Origin: Mycobacterium tuberculosis H37Rv
GTDB taxonomy: Bacteria > Actinomycetota > Actinomycetes > Mycobacteriales > Mycobacteriaceae
NCBI RefSeq assembly: GCF_000195955.2
Contig: NC_000962.3
Location: 3,810,001 to 3,842,000 of the forward strand
Length of the DNA stretch: 32,000 bases
Direction of reading: 5' to 3'
Below are positions 1-10,402 of the stretch, in pieces; the first letter of the stretch is position 1, and every line of letters starts with the position of its first letter. Made by a program: the position numbers and the translations under genes. The notes under the pieces were generated by a model. It saw only the letters and a list, made by a program, of their open reading frames with translations, was not told the origin of the DNA and made no database searches.

Positions 1-1022
1 TGCAGCCGCAGCAGAGTCACCGCCGCGGTGGGCCGGTCACGAGCATTCCGGTTGTTCAACCACCCGTCCAGTTGCCAGCGCACCCGGTCGGCGGTGGCGT
101 CCTCGGTCAGCGGCTCGGCGCACCGCCACACCCGGCTGCGCTCTTCGCCGTTGGCGGTGACGGCATGAATGGCCAGCCGGGTGCAGCCCACTCCGGCGGC
201 CATCAGCGCCCGATGCAGCTCGGCGGCCAGCGAGCGCCCGGCGAACGCCGCGGCGTCGACCCGGTCGATCGGCGGATCGCATGCCAGCTCGGCGGCCAGA
301 TCCGGCGGCGGCTCCCGCCCGCAGGGCGCCCGTTCCGGTTCGCCGCGGGCGAACCGGTGCGCGGCCACCGCGTCGGCACCGAACCTGGACGCCACGTCGG
401 TACGAGACAGCGCGGCGAACTGTCCGATGGTGCGAATCCCCATCCTCCACAACAGATCCGTCAGGTCGTCCCGGCCCGGCCCGGACAGGCTCGGCTCGGT
501 GGCAAGTTGGCGGATCGACAGCAGCGACAGAAACCGCGCATCGCCTCCCGGCTCCACGATGCGGCCAGCACGCGCGGCGAAAACCGCGGTAGACAACCGG
601 TCGGCGATTCCGACCTGACACTCCGCGCCGGCCGCGGCCACCGCGTCGATCAGCCGCTCGGCCGCCATCTGCTCGGACCCGAAAAAACGGGCCGGCCCGC
701 GCACCGGCAACACCAGGAGCCCGGGCCGCAGCAGCTCGGCGCGGGGCACCAGATCGTCTACCGCCGCGATCACCCCTTCGAAGAGCCGGGCGTCGCGGTC
801 GGCGTCGGCAGTCGCTATAAACAGTTGCGGACACCGCGCCGCCGCCTCCCGACGCCGCAACCCTCGGCGCACCCCGGCCGCCCGCGCGGTCGCCGAGCAG
901 GCGATCACCCGGTTTGCCAACGTGACCGCGACCGGGGCCGTCGCGGATAGGCCCGCGGCCGCGGCCGCCGCGACCGCGGGCCAGTCCATACACCAGATCG
1001 CCAGCACGCGAGCGGAGGCCAT
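1..1022 (-). CDS. imuB: ImuB, catalytically atypical Y-family DNA polymerase-like protein (Rv3394c), C-terminus truncated by window edge
   Basis: Reverse-strand frame is open from ATG at 1022 ([24 protein letters not shown]...) to the window edge. Y-family-like N-terminus, immediately downstream of imuA' with TGATG stop/start overlap. Confidence 0.85.
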   Translation of the reverse strand, partial: MASARVLAIWCMDWPAVAAAAAAGLSATAPVAVTLANRVIACSATARAAGVRRGLRRREAAARCPQLFIATADADRDARLFEGVIAAVDDLVPRAELLRPGLLVLPVRGPARFFGSEQMAAERLIDAVAAAGAECQVGIADRLSTAVFAARAGRIVEPGGDARFLSLLSIRQLATEPSLSGPGRDDLTDLLWRMGIRTIGQFAALSRTDVASRFGADAVAAHRFARGEPERAPCGREPPPDLAAELACDPPIDRVDAAAFAGRSLAAELHRALMAAGVGCTRLAIHAVTANGEERSRVWRCAEPLTEDATADRVRWQLDGWLNNRNARDRPTAAVTLLRL

Positions 1023-1636
1023 CACCGTCCACGCCCGTTGATCTGCAGCCGCACCCCACTGATCCGCCCCAACCCCGGGGTGGGCACGCCCCTGAGGGCC
1101 GGGGTGATCTCATAGCCGCAGACCCGGGCCGCAAGCCGCGTCGACACGCCTTGCCAGTCGCCGTCGGTGACCAGCAGGGTGCAGCCTTTTTGACGGGCAC
1201 GGGCCACCACTGCCCGCGCCCGCGCCCGCGTCACCCGGCGCCCTCCCAGACCGAGCACCACCAGATCCATGCCGTCGATCAGCACAGCGGCCACCTCAAC
1301 CGGATCGGTCCCGGGATCTGGTATCACCGCGAGCCGGCTCAGATCCGCCCCCATCTCCACCGCGGCCAGCAACCCGATATCCGGCTGGCCAACGATGGCC
1401 GCGTTTCCCCCGGCCGCCGTCACCGATGCCACCATGCTCAGCAGCAGTGACCGCGCACCCGACAGCACTCCCACCGTCCCCGGGGGCAACGACACCGGTC
1501 CCGCCGGCACCAGGTCGCCCGAACGGCTGGGCCCCCCGGACACCTTCTCGGACAGCAAAGCCATCTGCCGTCGTAGTGATTCGAGCTGCTCAGCACCATT
1601 TTCAAGGCGTTGGTCGGAGGCGAAGGCCGCAGTCAT
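1022..1636 (-). CDS. imuA': ImuA' (Rv3395c), RecA-like mutasome accessory protein
   Basis: Internal start [32 protein letters not shown] within the 1022..1906 ORF is preceded by AGGAGG. It sits upstream of imuB and downstream of an SOS box. Confidence 0.85.
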
Positions 1637-1650
1637 GACCAGCCTCCTGT

Positions 1651-1666
1651 TCGAAAATATGTTCGA
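1651..1666. promoter_or_regulatory. LexA/SOS box of mycobacterial type
   Basis: TCGAAAATATGTTCGA compared with consensus TCGAAC-N4-GTTCGA (one mismatch), in the divergent intergenic region 15 bp upstream of the imuA' start. Confidence 0.85.
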
Positions 1667-1703
1667 AGTCAGTAAACACCCGTCCTTGGAGTCCGTCAAG
1701 GTC

Positions 1704-2345
1704 ATGAGAGGCTGCCTTGTGCAATCGCGTAAAACCACCTCGGTACTGGCGGCTGCCCTGCTGTTTTGCGGCCTGTTAGGCCCAGGGACGGCCCCACCGG
1801 CCACCGGTGGCGGGCCTGCCTGCCGGCCGGCAGAGCTCTTCGCCACCGACAACACCACCGATGGGTTCGAGCTACCGGCCGTTGCGACTATCGCACTAAC
1901 CGGCACGGTGGTGACCGGATCGACCCTGGTCGACGGCGTGTTCTGGTCGAATGAGCGCCAGCAGATCGGCTACGAGCGCTCCCGTGAATTTCATCTGTGC
2001 GTTGTCGACGCGCCCACATTGCACAACGCCGCCGAGGCACTGCACCGCCAGTTCAACCAAGAAGCGGTGCTGACCTTCGACTACTTGCCGCAGAATGCAC
2101 CCGAGGCGGACGCGATCCTCATCACCGTGCCCGACATCGGCATCGCCCGCTTCCGCGATGCCTTCGCATCTGATTTGGCTGCACACCACCGATTACGGGG
2201 CGGATCTGTCACCACAGCCGACCACACCTTAATCCTGGTCGCCGGCAACGGCGATCTCGATGTCGCCCGCCGACTCGTCGAGGAGGCCGGCGGGGACTGG
2301 AACGCAACCACCATTGCCCATGGCAGGCGTGAATTCGTGAACTAG
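1704..2345 (+). CDS. Uncharacterised secreted/membrane-anchored protein (Rv3395A); start may instead be GTG at 1719
   Basis: Forward ORF with hydrophobic N-terminus ([18 protein letters not shown]). The codons upstream of 1704 run through the SOS box, so the start is downstream of it. Confidence 0.7.
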
Positions 2346-2500
2346 CTGATCAAGGGCGCTCCGCTGGCCACCCGAGCCGGGTTGGTCACATTAGTTAGTC
2401 ACAGCAATCTCTGGGCCGGCGGGCACAACGCGTATTCATCCCGACAGATACCAATGTGTCGCCTGTGACAAAAGCCGGGCCTGGCTAATGCTGGCCGCCG

Positions 2501-4078
2501 CTACTCCCACTCGATGGTGGCGGGCGGCTTGCTGGTGATGTCCAGCACCACGCGGTTGACCTCGGCGACCTCGTTGGTGATCCGGGTCGAGATGCGCTCG
2601 AGCACCTCGTAGGGCACCCGGGTCCAGTCGGCGGTCATCGCGTCTTCACTCGACACCGGACGCAGCACAATCGGGTGGCCATAGGTGCGACCGTCACCCT
2701 GCACACCCACCGAGCGGACATCGGCCAACAGCACCACCGGACACTGCCAGATCTGGTTGTCCAGGCCCGCCGCGGTCAGCTCCTCACGCACGATCGAATC
2801 GGCGTGCCGCAGCGTATCCAACCGCTTGGCGGTGACCTCCCCGACGATCCGAATACCCAACCCCGGTCCCGGAAACGGCTGGCGCGCCACGATCTCCTCC
2901 GGCAGACCCAACTCCCGCCCGACCGCGCGCACCTCGTCTTTGAACAGCAGCCGCAGCGGCTCAACGAGGGTGAACTTCAGGTCGTCGGGCAGGCCGCCGA
3001 CATTGTGGTGGCTCTTGATGTTCGCGGTGCCGCTGCCCCCGCCGGACTCCACCACATCCGGATACAGCGTGCCCTGCACCAGGAACTCAGCAGTCTTACC
3101 GTCCAGCACATCCCGCACCGCGCCCTCGAACGCGCGGATGAACTGACGGCCGATGATCTTGCGTTTGCCCTCGGGGGCGCTCACGCCCGACAGCGCCTCG
3201 AGGAAGGTCTCGGCCGCGTCGACGGTGACCAGGTTGGCGCCGGTGGCGGCCACGAAATCGCGTTGCACCTGCGCCCGCTCACCGGCGCGCAACAGCCCGT
3301 GGTCGACGAAGACACAGGTCAACCGGTCGCCGATGGCCCGCTGCACCAGGGCCGCGGCCACCGCGGAATCCACGCCGCCGGATAGCCCGCAGATGGCGTG
3401 GCCGTCGCCGATCTGGGTGCGCACCTGCTCGATCAGCGCGTTGGCGATGTTGGCGGGCGTCCACTGGGCGCCGAGCCCGGCGAAGTCGTGCAAAAACCGG
3501 CTGAGCACCTGTTGCCCGTGTGGGGTGTGCATCACCTCCGGGTGATACTGCACCCCGGCCAGGCGCCGGTCGAAGGCCTCGAAGGCGGCCACCGGGGCAC
3601 CGGCGCTGCTAGCCACCACGTCGAATCCGTCCGGCGCGGCCGTGACCGCGTCACCGTGACTCATCCATACCGGCTGAACCTCGGGAAGATCCGAATGCAG
3701 TTTGCCACCAAGGACTTTCAGTTCAGTCCGACCGTATTCGCGAGTGCCGGTGTGGGCGACGATCCCCCCGAGCGCCTGCGCCATGGCCTGAAACCCGTAG
3801 CAGATGCCAAGAACCGGTACACCGAGGTCCAGTAGCGCCGGATCGAGTTTCGGAGCGCCGTCGGCGTAGACACTGGCCGGTCCACCGGAAAGCACGAGCG
3901 CCACCGGCTGACGGGCCCTGATCTCCTCGATCGAGGCGGTGTGCGGAATCACCTCGGAGAAAACCCGTGCTTCTCGAACCCGACGGGCAATCAACTGGGC
4001 ATATTGGGCACCGAAGTCGACCACCAACACCGGTCGAGCCGGTGTCTCAGGCACGTCGATGTCAGCAGGCTGCACCAC
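2501..4078 (-). CDS. guaA: GMP synthase (glutamine-hydrolysing)
   Basis: 525 aa from a GTG start. Class I glutamine amidotransferase motif [17 protein letters not shown]-pyrophosphatase motif [13 protein letters not shown]-terminal ...[11 protein letters not shown]. Confidence 0.98.
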
Positions 4079-4089
4079 GGCCAGTCAGT

Positions 4090-4998
4090 CTAGTGGCTGG
4101 GGTGACTCCCGAGGTCGGCCGGTAGCGGTCCATGGGCCGGTCCGCAGGTTACCGAAGAGGCCAGTGCTGCCGCCGCCACTTGGGCCTTCTTCAGTCCCGA
4201 CAGAGAGATTCGCCGATCGTAGACGACCGCCGGCGATGCTCTGATCAAGGCGAGCTGACGGCGGTAGATGCCAGACATGGCCGCACAGCAGGCAGCGCTG
4301 CGGCGGTCGAGGTGTGGAATCAGCCGCAGTCCCAGCGAATACCAGTCTGCGGCGCGGTCGGCACTGAACCGCAGCAGTGCCGCGAGCCGTCCGTCGGGGT
4401 CATCGAGTGCCCCGGTGTCGTCCAGGCGGAGGCGTACGCCTAATCGGTCCAGCTCGTCGCGCGGCAGGTAGATCCGTCCATTCAAAAAGTCCTCTCGAAC
4501 GTCGCGCAGAATATTGGTTTGCTGCAGAGCGATTCCCAACTGCTCGGCGTATCGCGACGTCGCCGTGCTGACGGGTCCAAAGATGGAAAGACAAAGCTTT
4601 CCGATCGTGCCGGCCCCCCGGCGGCAGTAGACGATCAGCTCGTCGAAATCGCGGCAACCAGTCCAGTCGATTTCCATACGGGCGCCGTCAATCAACTCTG
4701 CGAACATCGCGATCGGCACCGGAAACCGGCGAGCCGCGTCAGCCAGCGCAACCAGCACCGGATCGGATGAATCATCAATATTATCAAGTGATTTCCTGAT
4801 GGCATCGAGCTCGGTGATCTTGGTCTCGGGGGCCAGCTCGCCGTCGGCGACGTCGTCGATCCGGCGGCCGAGCGCATAGACCGCAGATAGTGCCGCTCGC
4901 TTTTCGCGCGGCAAGAGTCGGATGCCGTAGTAGAAGTTTCTGGCGGCCGTGCGCGTGATCGACTCGGTGATTCGATACGCCTGTTCGATCTCGGTCAT
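4090..4998 (-). CDS. phyA: Squalene/phytoene synthase family protein (Rv3397c)
   Basis: [30 protein letters not shown]; prenyl-synthase motifs [12 protein letters not shown] and [21 protein letters not shown]. Four extra codons are possible at the N-terminus. Confidence 0.9.
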
Positions 4999-5026
4999 GC
5001 CGTCCTCCAACTACGGTGTTGGTCAG

Positions 5027-6106
5027 TCACGCCTGACGATCGACGATGTAGTGAGCCAAATCCTGAAGCTCAGCGGCCGGGCGATCGGGAATGCCGATGC
5101 GCGCCACCATGTCGATGCCTTGCGTTACGTGTCGGCGGGCCTCCGCGCTTGCCCACCTGCGCCCCCCACCGCACTCGATCAGTTCTGCGACCGCTGCGAG
5201 CTCATCATCGGACGCTGTCTGGCTGCCCGTCTCGTCCACCAGCCACGCTGCGAGGCGGCGGCCGGCCGAACCGCCGTGCGCCACGGTCCAGGTAACGGGC
5301 AGAGTTTTCTTGCGGGAGCGAAGGTCCGAGTACACCGGCTTGCCGGTGATCTCAGGACGGCCCCAAATGCCGAGCAGGTCGTCGACCAATTGGAAGGCAA
5401 GTCCAATGTGACGACCGTAGGCAACCAACGCTTCTCGCACCGAACGCGGTGCGCCAGCGAGTAACGCGCCGACCTCGGCGCTGGCTGCCATCAGTGCTGC
5501 GGTCTTGCCTTCAGCCATCTTGAGACACTCATCGAGTGCGACGTCGGTTCGGCTTTCGAACGCGGTGTCGGCGGCCTGCCCACGGATCAACTCACGGGTG
5601 GCTTCCGAAATCGCGCGCAGCGCCGCACCGACGTGTGGTGAATCGCAATCCAGCAGGACCTCGTGCGCCAGCGACAGCATCGCATCACCGGCCAATAGCG
5701 CCATCGCATCGCCCCACAGTGCCCACACCGTCGGCCGGTGCCGACGGTGCTCGTCGCGGTCCATGAGGTCGTCATGGACGAGCGAGAAGTTGTGCACCAG
5801 TTCAACCGAGACGGCTCCGGGAATCGCCGAGTGGGGGTCGGCGCCGGCGGCTTCGGCGGCGACAAACACCAAAGCAGGACGGATTGCCTTGCCGCAGTTG
5901 TTGTTCACTGGACGGCCGCGTTCATCAGACCAGCCGAGGTGGTAGGACACGACGGGCCGCATGTGGGGATCGAGGCGGTCAGCCATCTGGCGCAGCGTCG
6001 GTGTGATGAGTTCGTGTGCGAGTCCCAAAACGGGAAGCGTGCGACGGGTCATACGGTCGCTGTCGGGTTGCGGTGGCAGTCCGTACTTTTCGTCGGTACC
6101 GCGCAT
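5027..6106 (-). CDS. idsA1: Polyprenyl (geranylgeranyl) diphosphate synthase (Rv3398c)
   Basis: 359 aa. First aspartate-rich motif LVHDDLMDRDEHRRHRPTVW, second motif LAFQLVDDLLGIWG. Confidence 0.92.
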   Translation of the reverse strand: MRGTDEKYGLPPQPDSDRMTRRTLPVLGLAHELITPTLRQMADRLDPHMRPVVSYHLGWSDERGRPVNNNCGKAIRPALVFVAAEAAGADPHSAIPGAVSVELVHNFSLVHDDLMDRDEHRRHRPTVWALWGDAMALLAGDAMLSLAHEVLLDCDSPHVGAALRAISEATRELIRGQAADTAFESRTDVALDECLKMAEGKTAALMAASAEVGALLAGAPRSVREALVAYGRHIGLAFQLVDDLLGIWGRPEITGKPVYSDLRSRKKTLPVTWTVAHGGSAGRRLAAWLVDETGSQTASDDELAAVAELIECGGGRRWASAEARRHVTQGIDMVARIGIPDRPAAELQDLAHYIVDRQA

Positions 6107-6128
6107 TGCGTGAATCTAGCATTCGCTC

Positions 6129-7175
6129 ATGGCACGGCCCATGGGCAAGTTGCCCAGCAATACGCGAAAATGTGCACAATGTGCAATGGCGGAGGCACTA
6201 TTGGAGATCGCTGGTCAGACTATTAATCAAAAGGACCTTGGCAGGAGCGGACGGATGACGCGTACCGACAATGACACTTGGGATCTGGCCTCCAGCGTGG
6301 GGGCGACCGCCACAATGATCGCCACCGCCCGGGCGTTGGCTAGCAGGGCCGAAAACCCTTTGATCAATGATCCATTCGCCGAGCCGCTGGTGCGCGCCGT
6401 CGGCATCGACCTGTTTACCCGGCTGGCCAGCGGCGAGTTGAGGCTTGAGGACATCGGCGACCACGCCACCGGGGGTCGGTGGATGATCGACAACATCGCG
6501 ATTCGGACCAAGTTCTACGATGACTTTTTCGGTGACGCAACCACGGCGGGTATTCGGCAGGTAGTGATTCTGGCGGCTGGGCTCGACACCCGCGCGTACC
6601 GACTGCCCTGGCCCCCGGGCACGGTGGTCTACGAGATCGACCAGCCCGCAGTCATCAAGTTCAAGACACGGGCCCTCGCCAATCTGAACGCCGAACCCAA
6701 CGCAGAACGGCACGCCGTGGCCGTCGATCTGCGAAACGATTGGCCGACGGCGCTGAAGAACGCCGGCTTCGACCCGGCCAGACCGACAGCCTTCAGCGCC
6801 GAGGGGTTGCTGAGCTACCTGCCCCCACAGGGGCAGGACCGCCTGCTCGATGCGATTACCGCGCTCAGCGCCCCTGACAGCCGGTTGGCCACCCAGAGCC
6901 CACTGGTGCTCGACCTGGCCGAGGAAGATGAGAAGAAGATGCGCATGAAATCCGCGGCCGAGGCATGGCGGGAACGCGGCTTTGATCTGGACTTGACCGA
7001 GCTGATCTACTTCGATCAACGCAACGACGTGGCCGACTACCTCGCCGGCTCCGGCTGGCAGGTCACCACCAGCACCGGCAAGGAACTCTTTGCGGCCCAA
7101 GGGCTGCCGCCCTTCGCGGACGACCACATAACTCGGTTCGCCGACCGCCGCTACATCAGCGCGGTGCTGAAGTAG
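6129..7175 (+). CDS. Putative SAM-dependent methyltransferase (Rv3399), large mycobacterial paralogous family
   Basis: 348 aa. [21 protein letters not shown]...[16 protein letters not shown] and [18 protein letters not shown]...VYEIDQP motifs. The exact start is uncertain. Confidence 0.85.
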   Translation: MARPMGKLPSNTRKCAQCAMAEALLEIAGQTINQKDLGRSGRMTRTDNDTWDLASSVGATATMIATARALASRAENPLINDPFAEPLVRAVGIDLFTRLASGELRLEDIGDHATGGRWMIDNIAIRTKFYDDFFGDATTAGIRQVVILAAGLDTRAYRLPWPPGTVVYEIDQPAVIKFKTRALANLNAEPNAERHAVAVDLRNDWPTALKNAGFDPARPTAFSAEGLLSYLPPQGQDRLLDAITALSAPDSRLATQSPLVLDLAEEDEKKMRMKSAAEAWRERGFDLDLTELIYFDQRNDVADYLAGSGWQVTTSTGKELFAAQGLPPFADDHITRFADRRYISAVLK

Positions 7176-7238
7176 GTGGCCCCGGCACTATAGCCGGGCC
7201 TAACTCGTAGGCTTGGTACGCGGGCAGAGCCGCCAGGC

Positions 7239-8027
7239 ATGGCGAACTGGTATCGCCCGAACTATCCGGAAGTGAGGTCCCGCGTGCTGGGTCTGCCCGA
7301 GAAGGTGCGTGCTTGCCTGTTCGACCTCGACGGTGTGCTCACCGATACCGCGAGCCTGCATACCAAGGCGTGGAAGGCCATGTTTGACGCCTACCTAGCC
7401 GAGCGAGCCGAGCGCACCGGCGAAAAATTCGTTCCCTTCGACCCTGCCGCGGACTATCACACGTATGTGGACGGCAAGAAACGCGAAGACGGCGTTCGAT
7501 CGTTTCTGAGCAGCCGCGCCATCGAAATACCCGACGGTTCCCCGGATGACCCGGGCGCCGCCGAGACGGTGTATGGCCTGGGCAACCGCAAGAACGACAT
7601 GTTGCACAAGCTGCTGCGCGACGATGGGGCCCAGGTGTTCGACGGGTCGCGGCGCTACCTGGAGGCGGTCACGGCCGCGGGTCTCGGTGTGGCCGTGGTG
7701 TCTTCGAGCGCCAACACCCGCGACGTGCTCGCGACCACCGGTCTGGACCGGTTCGTCCAGCAGCGGGTGGACGGCGTGACGTTGCGCGAAGAGCACATCG
7801 CCGGCAAGCCGGCCCCCGACTCCTTCCTGCGCGCGGCAGAACTGTTGGGGGTTACCCCCGACGCGGCGGCGGTGTTCGAGGACGCCCTGTCCGGGGTGGC
7901 GGCCGGCCGCGCCGGCAACTTCGCCGTAGTGGTGGGCATCAACCGAACGGGCCGGGCGGCTCAGGCCGCCCAGTTGCGCCGCCATGGCGCCGACGTGGTG
8001 GTAACCGATCTCGCCGAGCTGCTGTAG
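7239..8027 (+). CDS. HAD-superfamily hydrolase, beta-phosphoglucomutase type (Rv3400)
   Basis: 262 aa. Motif [22 protein letters not shown], motif [10 protein letters not shown], motif [14 protein letters not shown]. Confidence 0.9.
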
Positions 8028-8041
8028 GGCATGATCGGGCG

Positions 8042-10402
8042 ATGATCACCGAGGACGCCTTCCCCGTCGAACCGTGGCAGGTCCGCGAGACCAAGCTCAA
8101 CCTGAACCTGCTGGCCCAGTCCGAATCCCTATTCGCCTTGTCCAACGGGCACATTGGATTACGCGGCAACCTCGACGAGGGCGAACCCTTCGGACTGCCG
8201 GGCACCTACCTGAACTCTTTCTACGAAATCCGGCCGCTGCCGTACGCCGAGGCCGGTTATGGATATCCGGAGGCCGGCCAGACCGTTGTCGACGTCACCA
8301 ACGGCAAGATCTTTCGCCTGTTGGTCGGCGACGAGCCGTTCGACGTCCGGTATGGCGAATTGATCTCCCACGAACGGATCCTCGACCTGCGCGCCGGGAC
8401 GCTGACCCGCCGCGCGCACTGGCGCTCACCGGCGGGCAAGCAAGTCAAAGTGACGTCCACCCGGCTGGTGTCGCTGGCCCACCGCAGCGTCGCGGCGATC
8501 GAGTACGTCGTCGAGGCAATCGAGGAATTCGTTCGCGTGACCGTGCAGTCCGAACTCGTCACCAACGAGGACGTACCGGAGACCTCGGCCGACCCGCGGG
8601 TGTCGGCCATCCTGGACAGGCCGCTACAGGCCGTCGAGCACGAACGCACCGAGCGGGGTGCACTTCTCATGCACCGCACCCGAGCCAGCGCGCTGATGAT
8701 GGCCGCAGGGATGGAACACGAGGTCGAGGTTCCCGGGCGGGTCGAGATCACCACCGACGCCCGCCCGGACCTGGCCCGAACCACCGTGATCTGCGGGCTG
8801 CGCCCGGGACAGAAGCTGCGCATCGTCAAATACCTGGCCTATGGCTGGTCCAGCCTGCGCTCCCGCCCGGCGCTGCGCGACCAGGCCGCCGGCGCGCTGC
8901 ACGGTGCCCGCTACAGCGGCTGGCAGGGGCTGCTGGACGCGCAACGCGCCTACCTCGACGACTTCTGGGACAGCGCGGACGTGGAGGTCGAGGGCGACCC
9001 GGAATGTCAGCAAGCGGTGCGTTTCGGGTTATTTCACCTGTTGCAGGCCAGCGCGCGCGCCGAACGCCGCGCGATCCCCAGCAAGGGGCTCACCGGAACC
9101 GGGTATGACGGCCACGCCTTTTGGGACACCGAAGGTTTCGTGCTACCGGTGCTCACCTACACCGCACCGCATGCGGTCGCCGACGCGCTGCGGTGGCGGG
9201 CGTCGACGTTGGACCTGGCCAAGGAGCGGGCGGCCGAGCTCGGCCTGGAAGGTGCCGCCTTTCCCTGGCGGACCATCCGCGGACAGGAGTCCTCGGCCTA
9301 CTGGCCGGCCGGCACGGCGGCCTGGCACATCAACGCCGACATCGCGATGGCGTTCGAGCGGTACCGCATCGTCACCGGCGACGGTTCGCTGGAGGAGGAA
9401 TGCGGCCTTGCGGTGCTGATCGAGACCGCCCGGCTGTGGCTCTCGCTCGGGCACCACGACCGCCACGGCGTCTGGCACCTCGACGGGGTCACCGGTCCCG
9501 ACGAGTACACGGCGGTCGTCCGCGACAACGTGTTCACGAATCTGATGGCGGCGCACAATCTGCACACCGCCGCCGATGCTTGCTTGCGCCACCCCGAGGC
9601 GGCGGAGGCCATGGGTGTCACCACCGAGGAGATGGCCGCCTGGCGCGACGCGGCCGACGCCGCCAACATTCCCTACGACGAGGAACTCGGTGTCCACCAG
9701 CAGTGTGAAGGGTTCACCACCCTTGCGGAGTGGGATTTCGAAGCCAACACCACTTATCCGTTGCTACTGCACGAGGCCTACGTGCGCTTGTATCCCGCAC
9801 AGGTGATCAAGCAGGCCGACCTGGTGCTGGCGATGCAGTGGCAGAGTCACGCGTTCACGCCCGAGCAGAAGGCGCGCAACGTCGACTACTACGAACGGCG
9901 CATGGTGCGCGACTCGTCGTTGTCGGCCTGCACTCAGGCGGTGATGTGCGCCGAGGTCGGCCATCTCGAGTTGGCCCACGACTATGCCTACGAAGCCGCC
10001 CTGATCGACCTGCGCGACCTGCACCGCAACACCCGTGACGGCCTACACATGGCTTCGCTGGCCGGAGCCTGGACGGCGCTGGTCGTAGGCTTCGGCGGCC
10101 TACGCGACGACGAGGGCATCCTGTCCATCGATCCGCAGCTGCCCGACGGCATCTCGCGGCTGCGGTTCCGGCTGCGATGGCGCGGCTTCCGGCTGATCGT
10201 CGACGCCAACCACACCGACGTCACCTTCATCCTTGGCGACGGTCCCGGCACCCAGCTGACCATGCGCCACGCCGGCCAAGATCTGACGCTGCACACGGAC
10301 ACACCGTCCACCATCGCCGTGCGCACCCGTAAGCCGCTGCTGCCGCCACCACCGCAGCCGCCAGGCCGCGAGCCAGTGCACCGCCGGGCTTTAGCCCGGT
10401 GA
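8042..10402 (+). CDS. Glycoside hydrolase family 65-type protein (Rv3401), probable alpha-glucoside (trehalose/maltose/kojibiose-like) phosphorylase
   Basis: 786 aa. GH65 features GYDGHAFWDTEGFVLPVLTYTAP, GVTGPDEYTAVVRDNVFTN, QADLVLAMQW. 14 bp downstream of the beta-PGM gene. Confidence 0.88.
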   Translation: MITEDAFPVEPWQVRETKLNLNLLAQSESLFALSNGHIGLRGNLDEGEPFGLPGTYLNSFYEIRPLPYAEAGYGYPEAGQTVVDVTNGKIFRLLVGDEPFDVRYGELISHERILDLRAGTLTRRAHWRSPAGKQVKVTSTRLVSLAHRSVAAIEYVVEAIEEFVRVTVQSELVTNEDVPETSADPRVSAILDRPLQAVEHERTERGALLMHRTRASALMMAAGMEHEVEVPGRVEITTDARPDLARTTVICGLRPGQKLRIVKYLAYGWSSLRSRPALRDQAAGALHGARYSGWQGLLDAQRAYLDDFWDSADVEVEGDPECQQAVRFGLFHLLQASARAERRAIPSKGLTGTGYDGHAFWDTEGFVLPVLTYTAPHAVADALRWRASTLDLAKERAAELGLEGAAFPWRTIRGQESSAYWPAGTAAWHINADIAMAFERYRIVTGDGSLEEECGLAVLIETARLWLSLGHHDRHGVWHLDGVTGPDEYTAVVRDNVFTNLMAAHNLHTAADACLRHPEAAEAMGVTTEEMAAWRDAADAANIPYDEELGVHQQCEGFTTLAEWDFEANTTYPLLLHEAYVRLYPAQVIKQADLVLAMQWQSHAFTPEQKARNVDYYERRMVRDSSLSACTQAVMCAEVGHLELAHDYAYEAALIDLRDLHRNTRDGLHMASLAGAWTALVVGFGGLRDDEGILSIDPQLPDGISRLRFRLRWRGFRLIVDANHTDVTFILGDGPGTQLTMRHAGQDLTLHTDTPSTIAVRTRKPLLPPPPQPPGREPVHRRALAR

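Noticed and set aside
37-1200. 387-aa forward ORF opposite imuB/imuA'
   Set aside because: Arg/Gly-rich shadow ORF produced by high GC on the opposite strand of well-supported genes; no recognisable domain.
1269-1703. N-terminal extension of the 358-aa forward ORF into imuA'
   Set aside because: It would make Rv3395A antisense to most of imuA' and cross the SOS box; the signal-like segment begins after ~1704.
8074-9108. 344-aa forward ORF inside Rv3401
   Set aside because: Alternate-frame translation of a GH65 gene with low-complexity Arg/Pro/Gly composition; typical high-GC artefact.
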